Origin: Thermodesulfobacteriota bacterium | GTDB lineage: Bacteria > Desulfobacterota_D > UBA1144 > Nemesobacterales > Mycalebacteriaceae | DNA length: 64,000 nt | Assembly: GCA_965226585.1 (NCBI GenBank) | Contig: OZ245366.1 | Span: 800,001-864,000 of the forward strand | Direction: 5' to 3' | Part shown: positions 1-9,512 of the stretch, one piece after another | Numbering within the stretch: position 1 is the first letter of the stretch | How the letters are laid out: every line of letters starts with the position of its first letter | Program-made: the position numbers and the translations under genes | The notes under the pieces: model-generated | Seen by the model: the letters and a program-made list of their open reading frames with translations, nothing else | Database searches by the model: none | What the model was told of the DNA's origin: nothing

Positions 1-186
1 GTGGTTTCCGGAGCAGAGCAGACCGGTCCCGATGAGAGAGAGACGGAAAAACTTTTGCGGAAACTGAAAAAAGACGGCGTGAGTTTCAAAGACGCCGTGA
101 AGATGGCGATTGATGAGACAGGCGCGGCGAAAAATCCGGTTTACTTTTCCGCTCTCCGCGTGTGGGGAAAAAACGGCTCCCGCTAA
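1..186 (+). CDS. rsmI: C-terminal end of probable 16S rRNA (cytidine1402-2'-O)-methyltransferase RsmI (partial, runs off window start)
   Basis: Tail [31 protein letters not shown] resembles the RsmI C-terminal helical extension; only 61 aa visible. Confidence 0.55.
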   Translation: MVSGAEQTGPDERETEKLLRKLKKDGVSFKDAVKMAIDETGAAKNPVYFSALRVWGKNGSR

Positions 187-1649
187 ATCGCGGGCTCAAA
201 CTCTCCGTCAAATCTTCCGGTTGATTCCAGCGCGCGCGCCGCTCTCAAAACCGTTTCCTCGTCAAAACTTCTGCCGATGATTTGTGCCCCGACCGGAAGC
301 CCGGATTTTGTCAGCCCGCACGGAACGGAAATCGCCGGAACCCCCGCTATATTTGCCGGTATTGTGAGCGCGTCCGACAGGTACATCCTTATCGGGTCGT
401 CCATTTTCTCGCCGATTTTGAAAGCTGTTTCAGGGGCGGTGGGCGTCATTATGACATCCGCTTTTTCAAAGGCGGCTTTGAACTCCGCGCTTATCACCGT
501 TCTCACCTTCTGCGCTTTCAAGTAGTAGGCGTCATAGTATCCCGATGAAAGTGCGTGAGTGCCGAGCATAATTCTTCTTTTTACTTCCGCGCCGAACCCT
601 TCACTGCGGGTTTTGATTATCATTTCCGCAAGAGACTCCGCCCCCTCAGAGCGCATTCCATATCTGACGCCGTCGTATCTGGCGAGGTTTGAACTCGCCT
701 CGCTCGGGGCGATTATGTAATACGCGCTGACCGCGTAAGCCGTGTTCGGCATGGAAACTTCAACCGTTTCCGCCCCCAGAGATTCCATATCTTTTATTGC
801 GTCCCTCACGCTTCTCTCAACTTCGCCGTCCATTCCACCGATGCTGAAATATTCCGCCGGCACGGCGATCTTCATTCCCTTCACTCCCTTTTCAAGCGCG
901 GAAAGGTAGTTCGGCACGGGGGTGTCTGAAGAGGTGGAATCTCTTTTGTCAAAGCCCGCCATCGCGCCGAGCAGAATTGCCGCATCTTCCACCGAACGCG
1001 TGAGCGGTCCCGCCTGATCAAGCGAAGACGCGAACGCCACCATTCCGAATCTGCTGACCCTTCCGTAAGTGGGTTTCATTCCCATAACTCCGCAGAAAGA
1101 AGCCGGCTGGCGTATGGAGCCGCCCGTGTCTGTTCCGACCGCGCCCGCGCACATTCCCGCCGCAACCGCCGCCGCGCAGCCGCCGCTTGAGCCGCCCGGC
1201 ACTCTGCCTGTGTCGCGAGGGTTTTTCACGACACCGAAATATGAAGTTTCGTTTGACGAGCCCATCGCGAATTCATCCATGTTGTTCTTGCCTATTATCA
1301 CGGCTCCCGCCATTTTGAGCTTTTCCGCAACGCCGGAATCGTATGAGGGAACAAAGTTTTCCAGAATTTTTGACCCGCAGGTAAGCTTCATTCCCTTGAC
1401 CGCGAAAAGATCTTTCAGCGCGACCGGAACTCCGTGCATAGGGCTTTTAACCTTTCCCGCCGCCATCTCCTTTTCCGCAGCCTCAGCGGACTCAAGAGCG
1501 GACTGCTCGTCAAAACCGATAAAGGAGTTTATTCCGCTGTCAACAGACGCAATTCTCTCCGCTGCCGTCCGGACAAGGTCCACGGGGGAAACTTCTTTCG
1601 CTTTTAGAAGCCGGGCGGCTTCCGCTATGCCGGGACAGCCGTTTTTCAT
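183..1649 (-). CDS. gatA: Asp-tRNA(Asn)/Glu-tRNA(Gln) amidotransferase subunit A
   Basis: Amidase signature ([19 protein letters not shown]), [21 protein letters not shown]. Confidence 0.97.
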   Translation of the reverse strand: MKNGCPGIAEAARLLKAKEVSPVDLVRTAAERIASVDSGINSFIGFDEQSALESAEAAEKEMAAGKVKSPMHGVPVALKDLFAVKGMKLTCGSKILENFVPSYDSGVAEKLKMAGAVIIGKNNMDEFAMGSSNETSYFGVVKNPRDTGRVPGGSSGGCAAAVAAGMCAGAVGTDTGGSIRQPASFCGVMGMKPTYGRVSRFGMVAFASSLDQAGPLTRSVEDAAILLGAMAGFDKRDSTSSDTPVPNYLSALEKGVKGMKIAVPAEYFSIGGMDGEVERSVRDAIKDMESLGAETVEVSMPNTAYAVSAYYIIAPSEASSNLARYDGVRYGMRSEGAESLAEMIIKTRSEGFGAEVKRRIMLGTHALSSGYYDAYYLKAQKVRTVISAEFKAAFEKADVIMTPTAPETAFKIGEKMDDPIRMYLSDALTIPANIAGVPAISVPCGLTKSGLPVGAQIIGRSFDEETVLRAARALESTGRFDGEFEPAI

Positions 1650-1949
1650 TCAGTCCTCTATCACCCTGGGAACGGAGAAAAAACCGTCCGCAGATTGCGG
1701 CGCGGAGCCGAGGGCTTTTTGTCCGGCGTCAGATTTGCGCTCCTTGTCGGGTCTCAGGCGGGGTTTTATTCCGGGCGCGCCGGGAGACGCTTCCACGCCG
1801 TCCGTGACCAGTTCGTTCAGGTTTTCCATGTATTTCAGAACCTTCGCGAGATACGCGCCGAGTTCTTCAGTTTCTCTTTCGTCAAACTCAAGCATGGCGA
1901 GTTTTGCCGCAGAGGCAACGGCGGATTTTGATGTTTTCTCATCGGTCAT
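1650..1949 (-). CDS. gatC: Amidotransferase subunit C
   Basis: 99 aa directly upstream of gatA; AKLAML...LR.D...AP....FFSVPRVIE pattern. Confidence 0.9.
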   Translation of the reverse strand: MTDEKTSKSAVASAAKLAMLEFDERETEELGAYLAKVLKYMENLNELVTDGVEASPGAPGIKPRLRPDKERKSDAGQKALGSAPQSADGFFSVPRVIED

Positions 1950-2932
1950 AATCTTTTTTTCCTTCCCGCTTCCTGAGTAAGAGATTCGGCAAAGTCCATT
2001 ATATCGGACTCAAGTCTCACGTCTTCAAGGCGGTTTATTTCCCGCACGCAAGTCGGGCTTGTGCAGTTTATTTCAGTCAGCATTCCGTCCACAATGTCTA
2101 TTCCCGCAAAGTATATCCCCGTTTCGTTCAAATACCCTTCAAGCGCGCCGCATATCTCCATATCCCTTTTGTTCAAGGTTGTTTTCGCCGGAGTTCCTCC
2201 CGAATGAAAGTTGCATATAAAACCGTCTTCGGGAGGCATTCTCAGAACCGCCCCGAGCGGTTTGCCGCCCAGCATTATCACCCGTTTGTCTCCGCCGGAA
2301 ACGCCGCTTATGAATTCCTGAGCCATTATGAACGCCTTTCCGTTTTGTGTTGCGCGGTCTATTTTTTCGCGCGCGTCCGCGTTGGTTTTTTCCGCCATCA
2401 CGATCCCCTCTCCGCCAAATCCGTCAAGGGGTTTCAAAACGATTTTTCCCTTCTCGTTAAGAAATCCGCCTATCTGTTTGCGGCTTTTTGAAACAACCGT
2501 GTCCGGCATAAAACGGGAGAATCCGAGGGCGCTGAGTTTTTCGTTTGAGTTCCGTATGGCGCGAGGGCGGTTTATGACGGCGGCTCCGCCGTTTTCCGCA
2601 AGTTCCAGAATGTGGGTGAGGTATATGTAGTCCATGTCAAAAGGCGGGTCTTTTCGCATCCACACAACATCCGCGCCGGCAAGGGAAAATGGCTTGAATT
2701 CGTCCGTTTCATAAAAGCCGTCCATGTTTTTCGCGTCTTCACCGGGTTTGGTGAGCCGTGTTTCAGCCGCTTCGCAAAAGGGTTTTCCGCCTCTTGCGGA
2801 AAGGGCGCCGGACGGGGCGTATAAAACCTTGTGCCCGCGCGCCTGCGCTTCAAGCATAAGAACAAGAGTGGTGTCCCTCTCCGGGTTTATGGACTCAAGC
2901 GGGTCCATCACAAAAACCATTTTCAGGGGCAT
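1946..2932 (-). CDS. gshB: Glutathione synthetase
   Basis: FVMDPL..I...DTT, MRKDPPFD..Y, NEKL, KPLDGFGG, GDKR, TEINCTSPT ATP-grasp motifs. Confidence 0.95.
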   Translation of the reverse strand: MPLKMVFVMDPLESINPERDTTLVLMLEAQARGHKVLYAPSGALSARGGKPFCEAAETRLTKPGEDAKNMDGFYETDEFKPFSLAGADVVWMRKDPPFDMDYIYLTHILELAENGGAAVINRPRAIRNSNEKLSALGFSRFMPDTVVSKSRKQIGGFLNEKGKIVLKPLDGFGGEGIVMAEKTNADAREKIDRATQNGKAFIMAQEFISGVSGGDKRVIMLGGKPLGAVLRMPPEDGFICNFHSGGTPAKTTLNKRDMEICGALEGYLNETGIYFAGIDIVDGMLTEINCTSPTCVREINRLEDVRLESDIMDFAESLTQEAGRKKRL

Positions 2933-2956
2933 GAGGGTTAACCTATCACAAAAGCG

Positions 2957-4621
2957 TCAGTGGGGCGGGATGCCGCCGTCTGCGGGGTTCAACTTTAACG
3001 GTATTTTCAGGATAACCAGCTTGTTCGCGCCGCATGAAACCGCAAAAGCCGGTTTCATGCTTTTAATTTCCGCCGCCAATTCTCCAATTCCGAAAAGATG
3101 CTCTTTTTCAAGATTCCTTCTGCCGCCGGATGTCATACACCCCTCCGCCTGTCGAATCATGCACAAGTCCTGACCTTTCGGCTTCATTTGCGTGGCGGTT
3201 TCAAAAACGAAGTTGTAAACATTTTCCTCAACCGCCTGCCAGTTTTGCATCATCACCGTAAGCCCGGGCGTTCTTCCGCCGCCTTTTTTGTCTGTCATGC
3301 GCAAGTGCGATATTTTCGGTTTCTCCGTGGAAAGCGCTCTCAGATAGTTTCCAAACCAGAACGAAGATAGTCCGTCCATCAGCTTGAATCTCCGGAAGTT
3401 TTCATCAAAACACCTGACCGTTTCGGGATAGTATTGCGTAAGTTCCCGTGCGTTTACCATCCCCGTGGCGCGGGGAACGGACAGGGTGAATATCAGCAAA
3501 CACAGCACAGCCGCCGAAACCGCCTTCACTTTGCCGCTTCGGGGAATTCCGAAAATAAATATCCATCCGGCGGACACGGGCACGAATATCGCGGGTATAA
3601 AAAACCTCATGTTGGCGTAATGCCATGTGAATTCGGCAAGAAAGGCGAAACGCCCCGAAATAACCGCGAGCAGTAACTGCGCGAAGAAACATGCGAGAAG
3701 AAGCAAAAGGGCGGCGCGGGTTTTTTCATTCCCCGCTCTTTTTGCGATGGCAACCGCCGCCGCGCCAATCCACAGAACGCAAACAGCCGCAAACACGGGA
3801 TATATTGCCGCCCAGACAGAAAGAAAATTTTTGAATCTCTCAAAAGACTTCGCGAATACAAGCCACTGCTCGAACTTGCTTTTTTCTATCATCTCGCCCC
3901 CGACTATAAAATCCGCCCATTCCACAAACAGAATCAGCGCAACGCTTCCCGCCCCGAGCGCGAGGCAAATTTGCATGTTTTTCTTTATCATTTCGCGCCG
4001 CAGTATTGAGAGAAGAATTACAGTGGCGATGGCGGGAATAATGAACCATGCGATAAGAATTCTGTCTGAAAGAAGCAGAGGGAAAGCAAAAAGCGCGGCA
4101 AGCATTCGCCATGTGAGCGGCTTGTAGAGAGCGCGCAAGGTGAGCCAAAGCCCGAAGGGAAACGCCGCGGCGGCGGTTGAGTGGTAGGCAATATGAAGCA
4201 TCACTCTGTGAGAGTCAGGGTGATAAACAGCGCACAGCGTCATTATCGCGCCGGCGATAAGGGAGAATGTCAGCGCGTTTTTGTCTCCGTCTCCGAAGCA
4301 CTCTTTTGCCAGCAGAAACCATCCAAAGGTTGTAATCAGAATCATTGCCAGAGCAAATCCGTACACCACAAGCGCGGTGTTGTCTCCCGAAACAGCCATC
4401 AGCAAAAGGGTGATTATATGGTCCGGCAGGTACACGCCCGGAGTCAGGGTGATTTTGAACACAGACGTTCCCGCGAGCCAGTCTCTCACGACGACAATGG
4501 GAGTCAGTTCATCGGCGGAGAAGAGCAAATCCCTGTTCATCTCCCCCGAAGCGAGTGACCCGAAAAGCGCGAGAATTGAGAGAACAAACGCCCCGATAGA
4601 AGCGTAGCGGACGAAGTTCAT
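2957..4621 (-). CDS. Polytopic membrane protein, possibly GT-C-fold glycosyltransferase-like
   Basis: 554 aa, many hydrophobic segments, acidic motif (FSADE) after first TM, soluble C-terminal domain; start overlaps carA stop. Confidence 0.5.
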   Translation of the reverse strand: MNFVRYASIGAFVLSILALFGSLASGEMNRDLLFSADELTPIVVVRDWLAGTSVFKITLTPGVYLPDHIITLLLMAVSGDNTALVVYGFALAMILITTFGWFLLAKECFGDGDKNALTFSLIAGAIMTLCAVYHPDSHRVMLHIAYHSTAAAAFPFGLWLTLRALYKPLTWRMLAALFAFPLLLSDRILIAWFIIPAIATVILLSILRREMIKKNMQICLALGAGSVALILFVEWADFIVGGEMIEKSKFEQWLVFAKSFERFKNFLSVWAAIYPVFAAVCVLWIGAAAVAIAKRAGNEKTRAALLLLLACFFAQLLLAVISGRFAFLAEFTWHYANMRFFIPAIFVPVSAGWIFIFGIPRSGKVKAVSAAVLCLLIFTLSVPRATGMVNARELTQYYPETVRCFDENFRRFKLMDGLSSFWFGNYLRALSTEKPKISHLRMTDKKGGGRTPGLTVMMQNWQAVEENVYNFVFETATQMKPKGQDLCMIRQAEGCMTSGGRRNLEKEHLFGIGELAAEIKSMKPAFAVSCGANKLVILKIPLKLNPADGGIPPH

Positions 4622-5748
4622 TTTTTTCCGTCCGCCCGTTCTTCCATCATTTTGATAAAACTGTCAAACAGGTAGGAGGAATCGTGCGGTCCGGGTGACG
4701 ATTCCGGATGATACTGGACGGAGAAAACCGATTTTGCGCGATTTTCCAGTCCCTCAACCGTGTCGTCGTTCAGGTTTACGTGCGTGATTTCCGTTTCTCC
4801 GTCAAGGGAGTCGGGGTCAACGGCGAACCCGTGATTTTGCGAGGTGATTTCCACTTTGCCGCTTTTTATCCGTTTGACGGGCTGGTTGCCTCCCCGGTGT
4901 CCGAACTTCATTTTGAAGGTTTTTCCTCCCAGCGCGATGCTGATTATCTGGTGTCCGAGGCATATGCCGAAAACGGGAACTCTGCCAAGAATGCCGCCTA
5001 TGTTTTTTGCCGCGTATTCAATGGCTTCCGGGTCTCCGGGTCCGTTGGAAAGAAACACTCCGTCCGGCTTGAGGGCAAGCGCGTCTTCTGAGGCGGTTTG
5101 CGCCGGAACAACGGTTATTTTGCATCCCATATCCGTAAGGTTTTTCAAAATGCTGGTTTTTATTCCGAAGTCGTAAGCCACGATTTCCGGTTTCCATCCG
5201 CTTTTTGCGACCGAAAGGTTAAGCCCGCCGCTTCCCTCCGTCCACTGGTACGGTTTTTTGCAACTCACCTCCGTTACAAGGTCGCGCCCTACAATTCCGG
5301 GCGATTCTTTAACTTTTTTCAGCAGACTTTCCGGGTCTGAATCTTCGGTGGAAATTACACATTTTTGCGCTCCGCCCGTCCGTATCTTTCTTGTAATCTC
5401 CCTTGTGTCCACGCCCTGTATTCCGGTTACGCCCATTTTCTCCATATATTCGTGAAGCGTCATTGTCGCGCGCCAGTTGCTTGGTGTTTCCCAGTATTCC
5501 CTCACCACAAGCCCGCTCGCAAAGGGTTTGGACGATTCGCTGTCTTCATCGTTTATGCCGTAGTTGCCGATTTCGGGATACGTCATCGTGATAATCTGTC
5601 CGTTATAGGAAGGGTCTGTGAGGATTTCCTGATAGCCCGTCATTGAGGTGTTGAAAACCGCCTCGCCGAAATGCTCTCCGCGCGCCCCGAAGCGCGAACC
5701 TTCAAAAACACTTCCGTCTTCAAACACAAGGAAACATTTTTCGCTCAA
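4618..5748 (-). CDS. carA: Carbamoyl-phosphate synthase small subunit
   Basis: FNTSMTGYQEILTDPSY, LSNGPGDP, GICLGHQ, QYHPE. Confidence 0.97.
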   Translation of the reverse strand: MSEKCFLVFEDGSVFEGSRFGARGEHFGEAVFNTSMTGYQEILTDPSYNGQIITMTYPEIGNYGINDEDSESSKPFASGLVVREYWETPSNWRATMTLHEYMEKMGVTGIQGVDTREITRKIRTGGAQKCVISTEDSDPESLLKKVKESPGIVGRDLVTEVSCKKPYQWTEGSGGLNLSVAKSGWKPEIVAYDFGIKTSILKNLTDMGCKITVVPAQTASEDALALKPDGVFLSNGPGDPEAIEYAAKNIGGILGRVPVFGICLGHQIISIALGGKTFKMKFGHRGGNQPVKRIKSGKVEITSQNHGFAVDPDSLDGETEITHVNLNDDTVEGLENRAKSVFSVQYHPESSPGPHDSSYLFDSFIKMMEERADGKK

Positions 5749-7175
5749 GCTTTCTCTCCCTTTTTAAGGATTTTTTTCAATGCCTCGTTCACCACTTTCG
5801 GGTTTGCCTTTCCTTTTGTCATCTTCATCACTCCGCCGACAAAAAATCCCATAAGTTTTTCCTCGCCGCCCCTGAACCGTTCAACCTCGTCCGGGTGAGA
5901 TGAAAGAAACTCTCCGGCTATTTTTTCTATTTCCGCGCTGTCTGATACCTGCGAAAGCCCCGCCGCATCCACAATTTCGGGCGCGGTTTTTCCGGTTTCC
6001 GCCATTTGGGGAAATATCTCTTTTGCCGTGTTCGCGCTGATTTTACCCTCTTTTATCATTCCAATCATCTCGCCGAGATTTTTCGCCGGAACGGGAAACC
6101 CTCCGCCGCCTGCCTCTGCCTGTCCCAAAACGTTTGTGAGTATCCAGTTTGCGGTTTCCTTTGGCGCTCCGCTTGTCTGCGCCGCGCTTTCAAAATAGTC
6201 GGCAATTTGTCTCTCCGCCGTAAGACGCCGCGCATCATCGCCTTTCAGTCCGTAGCTGCTTTCAAATCTCGCCGTTTTTTCCGGGTGAAGTTCGGGAAGG
6301 GAGTTTTTTATCTCTTCAATAAGTCCGGGCTCAACAATCACCGGGGGAAGGTCGGGGTCGGGGAAATATCTGTAGTCTTCGGCTTCCTCTTTTGAGCGCA
6401 TGGTGAAGGTTTTTCCACTGCCGGAGTCAAACAGGCGGGTTTCCTGAACAATTTTGCCGCCGCTTTCAATTTCCGCCGTCTGCCGCGCCGCTTCGTATTC
6501 AAGCGCCTTTCTGATGAACTTGAACGAGTTGAGATTTTTTATCTCCACTTTCACGCCGTATTTTGTGCATCCCTCCGGGCGCACCGAGATGTTGGCGTCG
6601 CACCGCAAGTTTCCTTTTTCCATATTGCCGTCGCAAACGCCCGTGTAGCGGAGTATCCGCCTGAGAGTCCGCACATATTCCGCCGCCTCTTCGGGGTCGC
6701 GTATGTCCGGTTCGCTTACAATCTCAATCAGTCCCACTCCGGCGCGGTTCAGGTCAACAAGGCTTTCCGTTCCCGAATGAACAAGTTTTCCGGCGTCTTC
6801 CTCCATGTGAATTCGGGTCAGGCGGATTTTTTTTGTCTCTCCGCCGGACTCAATTTCAATCCAGCCCCCGACAGCAAGAGGGTCTAAGTACTGGGATATT
6901 TGATAACCTTTCGGCAGGTCGGGATAGAAGTAGTTTTTTCTCTCAAAGCGCGAACTGTTTGCCACCTCGCATTTTGTCGCCACAGCCGCCGTTATGGCAA
7001 GTTCAACCGCTTTTGAGTTCAGAACGGGCAGAACTCCGGGCATTCCGAGGCAAACGGGCGAAACGTTTGAGTTCGGCTCCGTGCCTGAGGAGACGGGAGC
7101 GTCTGAAAATATCTTTGATTTTGTAAGCAGTTGAGCGTGGACTTCAAGTCCTATTACGGTTTCGTAGTCAGCCAT
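5745..7175 (-). CDS. gatB: Amidotransferase subunit B
   Basis: IGLEVHAQL, RKNYFYPDLPKGYQISQ, DYRYFPDPDL, YqeY-like tail. Confidence 0.97.
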   Translation of the reverse strand: MADYETVIGLEVHAQLLTKSKIFSDAPVSSGTEPNSNVSPVCLGMPGVLPVLNSKAVELAITAAVATKCEVANSSRFERKNYFYPDLPKGYQISQYLDPLAVGGWIEIESGGETKKIRLTRIHMEEDAGKLVHSGTESLVDLNRAGVGLIEIVSEPDIRDPEEAAEYVRTLRRILRYTGVCDGNMEKGNLRCDANISVRPEGCTKYGVKVEIKNLNSFKFIRKALEYEAARQTAEIESGGKIVQETRLFDSGSGKTFTMRSKEEAEDYRYFPDPDLPPVIVEPGLIEEIKNSLPELHPEKTARFESSYGLKGDDARRLTAERQIADYFESAAQTSGAPKETANWILTNVLGQAEAGGGGFPVPAKNLGEMIGMIKEGKISANTAKEIFPQMAETGKTAPEIVDAAGLSQVSDSAEIEKIAGEFLSSHPDEVERFRGGEEKLMGFFVGGVMKMTKGKANPKVVNEALKKILKKGEKA

Positions 7176-7227
7176 TGATCAACTCCGGAATTTTATCCGG
7201 TAAAGGGTGAAGTGTGGGGCGGGATTG

Positions 7228-7494
7228 TCAAGTGTAAGCGTGTTCGCGGTGCGCTACTCTCACGATTGTGACTGTTGCGGTCTTGTCGTCAATTTCATAC
7301 ACAGCCCTATACTTTCCCTGCCTGATTCTGTACTCATTTGTTCTGCCTTGTAGCTTCTCAACTCCGTTGGCTCTCGGGTTGTTTTGCAAGTTATCAATTT
7401 TCTTCAATATGGCTTTGTGAGTTTTGTAAGGAATTCGAAGTCTTCTTAATTGTTTAAAGGCTGATTTCGTGAAATCAACACTGTAGCTAGTCAA
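7228..7494 (-). CDS. relE: Type II toxin, RelE/ParE family
   Basis: 88 aa, YSVDFTKSAFKQL...NPR..GVEKLQG...YRIRQGKYRAVYEIDD...VAHR. Confidence 0.9.
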   Translation of the reverse strand: MTSYSVDFTKSAFKQLRRLRIPYKTHKAILKKIDNLQNNPRANGVEKLQGRTNEYRIRQGKYRAVYEIDDKTATVTIVRVAHREHAYT

Positions 7495-8086
7495 TTTTTT
7501 CTGTCTCCCTCAAAACCTGTTCAAGTGATACTGTCGGCTCATTTTGGCTTCTTTCAATTGCCTCAATGTCTTCTGCATATTCCGAACGTTCAATTTTGAA
7601 CGCTCTGTCAAGGTGAGTGAACAGTTCAGAAATGACTTGCCTAATTTCCCCGCACTCAACTGGTGCATCAAAACCGCCTTCCCACATAAAGTGAAAACCT
7701 TTGATTTGTCCGTTGTCACGAATTGGTTTCACGAGAAGGTACCTCACCGAACCGCGCAGGCACCTTATAAAAGTGTGCAAATTCTTCCTACGGGGGTTGC
7801 CCCTGCGTGTGTTTCCCCACTCTATTAAGTCAACGGGTACGCCGAGGGCTTTCAGTTTACCTTCTCCGAAGTTTGGTATCTCCTTGAGAAATTCGCTGAT
7901 TTCGTGCGGAGTCACCAGAAGCCCGAGAAGGCAGTTGAGAAGTAGTGTTTCTTCGTGCCGCCCTTTGTAGACTTTGAGTATTTCAAGGGTTCGTCTTACA
8001 AAATCTACTGGAAAGTTTTGGTATCTGGAACCTTCCTCATCGGGACAAGAGGTTGTTTGCCGCTTTGTTTCTGTAGTTTTGCCCAT
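7487..8086 (-). CDS. HEPN (pEK499_p136-like) domain with degenerate active site fused to an antitoxin-like acidic C-terminal tail
   Basis: DFVRRTLEIL...TLLLNCLLGLLVTPHE; RxxxxH site reads RGSVRY; tail EDIEAIERSQNEPTVSLEQVL; stop overlaps relE start. Confidence 0.6.
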   Translation of the reverse strand: MGKTTETKRQTTSCPDEEGSRYQNFPVDFVRRTLEILKVYKGRHEETLLLNCLLGLLVTPHEISEFLKEIPNFGEGKLKALGVPVDLIEWGNTRRGNPRRKNLHTFIRCLRGSVRYLLVKPIRDNGQIKGFHFMWEGGFDAPVECGEIRQVISELFTHLDRAFKIERSEYAEDIEAIERSQNEPTVSLEQVLRETEKID

Positions 8087-8215
8087 TACAGTTCCAATTA
8101 TAACTGTTCTTTGCTATTGGGAAACTTGGGGTAATTGATTATTGTGTCAAGGTAACTAGCCCTTGTACACAAGTAGAAAGATAAAAAAAGAAACAGTAAA
8201 GAGGAAAAAAGAACC

Positions 8216-8752
8216 ATGAAGAAAAAGATTTTCATTGCAGTAGCGATAGCAATAGTCGCAATCTCCAGCGTGCTCATATACGGAGAAAGCACAGCACGGT
8301 ATAGAGAGCGAGCAGTACATGACGCGAAGCAAGATTATGTTAGAGAGCGAGCAGTATATGATGACGCGAAGCAAGCTTATGTAGACTTTGAAACAAGCAG
8401 AAGGAGACGTTACGTAATATTCAACGAGGAGAGGTCAAGATTAGTAAGGAACCTTATACACGAACGCTACGGGGTAGTTCTTCCTGAACTATCCGAAACG
8501 GAAAGTGATGCGCTGGGAGAAGTAGTTATTTCGCGGGGGTGGGTAAACATCAACACTCTAATATCCCCTGGAAGCATATACAAAAAGCAAATAGAAAAAG
8601 TAAATGAAGTGGTAAAAGCAAGGTTGTGGAGTGAATATGAACGGGAACAGGAAATGAAGACGAAACTATTGCATGAGTCAGGACTGTTGCGAGCAGCTGC
8701 AGAATGTTTATCAGAGGGGTATAAAGTCGGCAAAGATCTCTGTTTCAGATGA
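8216..8752 (+). CDS. Hypothetical exported/membrane-anchored protein with internal duplication
   Basis: AGAGG upstream; N-terminal MKKKIFIAVAIAIVAISSVLIYG; A-rich composition. Confidence 0.65.
   Translation: MKKKIFIAVAIAIVAISSVLIYGESTARYRERAVHDAKQDYVRERAVYDDAKQAYVDFETSRRRRYVIFNEERSRLVRNLIHERYGVVLPELSETESDALGEVVISRGWVNINTLISPGSIYKKQIEKVNEVVKARLWSEYEREQEMKTKLLHESGLLRAAAECLSEGYKVGKDLCFR
8302..8382 (+). repeat. Two-copy tandem repeat (39 bp + 42 bp) in frame
   Basis: tagagagcgagcagta...gacgcgaagcaag.ttatgt at 8302 and 8341; encodes RERAVHDAKQDYV / RERAVYDDAKQAYV. Confidence 0.9.
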
Positions 8753-8799
8753 GACTGGCGGAGCAAAAGAATAATAGAAATCTAGGCTTTAGTGACCTC

Positions 8800-9453
8800 T
8801 CACTTCAAAATCACTCCCGTCTTTTCGCTCCACAGAAGCAGGTCTATCTCGTCAATATCAAAGCCGTTCCGTTTTGCGTAGCGTTTCAGTTTGTTTTCAA
8901 TCTCAACATACATTTTTCCGTTTGCGGGCGGCGATGGGTCGTCAACGATTTTCAGTTCAAACAGGCAGTTCATTATGTGCTTGTCAAGAATGGCGTAGCC
9001 CGATATTCCTATGTTTCTCAGGAAATGGCTCGCCTCTTTGAACCCGATGCCTTTTATGTCGCGGTTTTCCGCGAAAAACGCGCGCCTCCGCGCCGGGTCT
9101 TTGAATGACAGTATCAGCCGCTTCATCTCCATCCCGTGGGTGCGGGCGATGTAGTTTCTCGTGTGCAGAAGATACCGCGCTCTCGCGTTCGGAAATCTGT
9201 GCGCGCCGTTTTTTATAATCAGGCGGGAAAATTGATTTGCCGATTTCGCCGTCATCATCACCGGGCGGACGGCTTCAACGGACTTAAGCCCCATCCGCGC
9301 GCTTGCCCCGGCGGTGAATATGCAGAACGCGAGTTCCTCAAACAGTTCGCCGTCATTGCCGCGCCGGATTACGGAACGGAATTCAGAGAGTTTTTCCCGT
9401 ATTTCACGCCTCCGCGCGGAAAGCGATTTTTTAAGAATTTTTGTTGTCAGCAC
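8800..9453 (-). CDS. ogg: N-glycosylase/DNA lyase (Ogg, 8-oxoguanine glycosylase, archaeal/Thermotoga type)
   Basis: LFEELAFCIFTA, HRFPNARARY, IKGIGFKEASHFLRNIG, AILDKHI, IDLLLW...TG.ILK. Confidence 0.9.
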   Translation of the reverse strand: MLTTKILKKSLSARRREIREKLSEFRSVIRRGNDGELFEELAFCIFTAGASARMGLKSVEAVRPVMMTAKSANQFSRLIIKNGAHRFPNARARYLLHTRNYIARTHGMEMKRLILSFKDPARRRAFFAENRDIKGIGFKEASHFLRNIGISGYAILDKHIMNCLFELKIVDDPSPPANGKMYVEIENKLKRYAKRNGFDIDEIDLLLWSEKTGVILK

Positions 9454-9465
9454 GGTAAAAAGAGC

Positions 9466-9500
9466 AAAAAAAACCGGCGGCCCGATAAGCCGCCGGTTTT
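9466..9500 (-). terminator. Rho-independent terminator of the thiolase gene
   Basis: Minus strand AAAACCGGCGGC-TTATCGG-GCCGCCGGTTTTTTTT, 12 nt after the stop codon. Confidence 0.85.
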
Positions 9501-9512
9501 AATTTGAAATCG

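Noticed and set aside
1069..1980. Long alternative ORFs such as 1069-1980(+), 18651-19670(-), 26035-26793(+) and 57078-57764(+)
   Set aside because: They overlap well-supported genes on the opposite strand and show no motifs; expected in GC-rich DNA.
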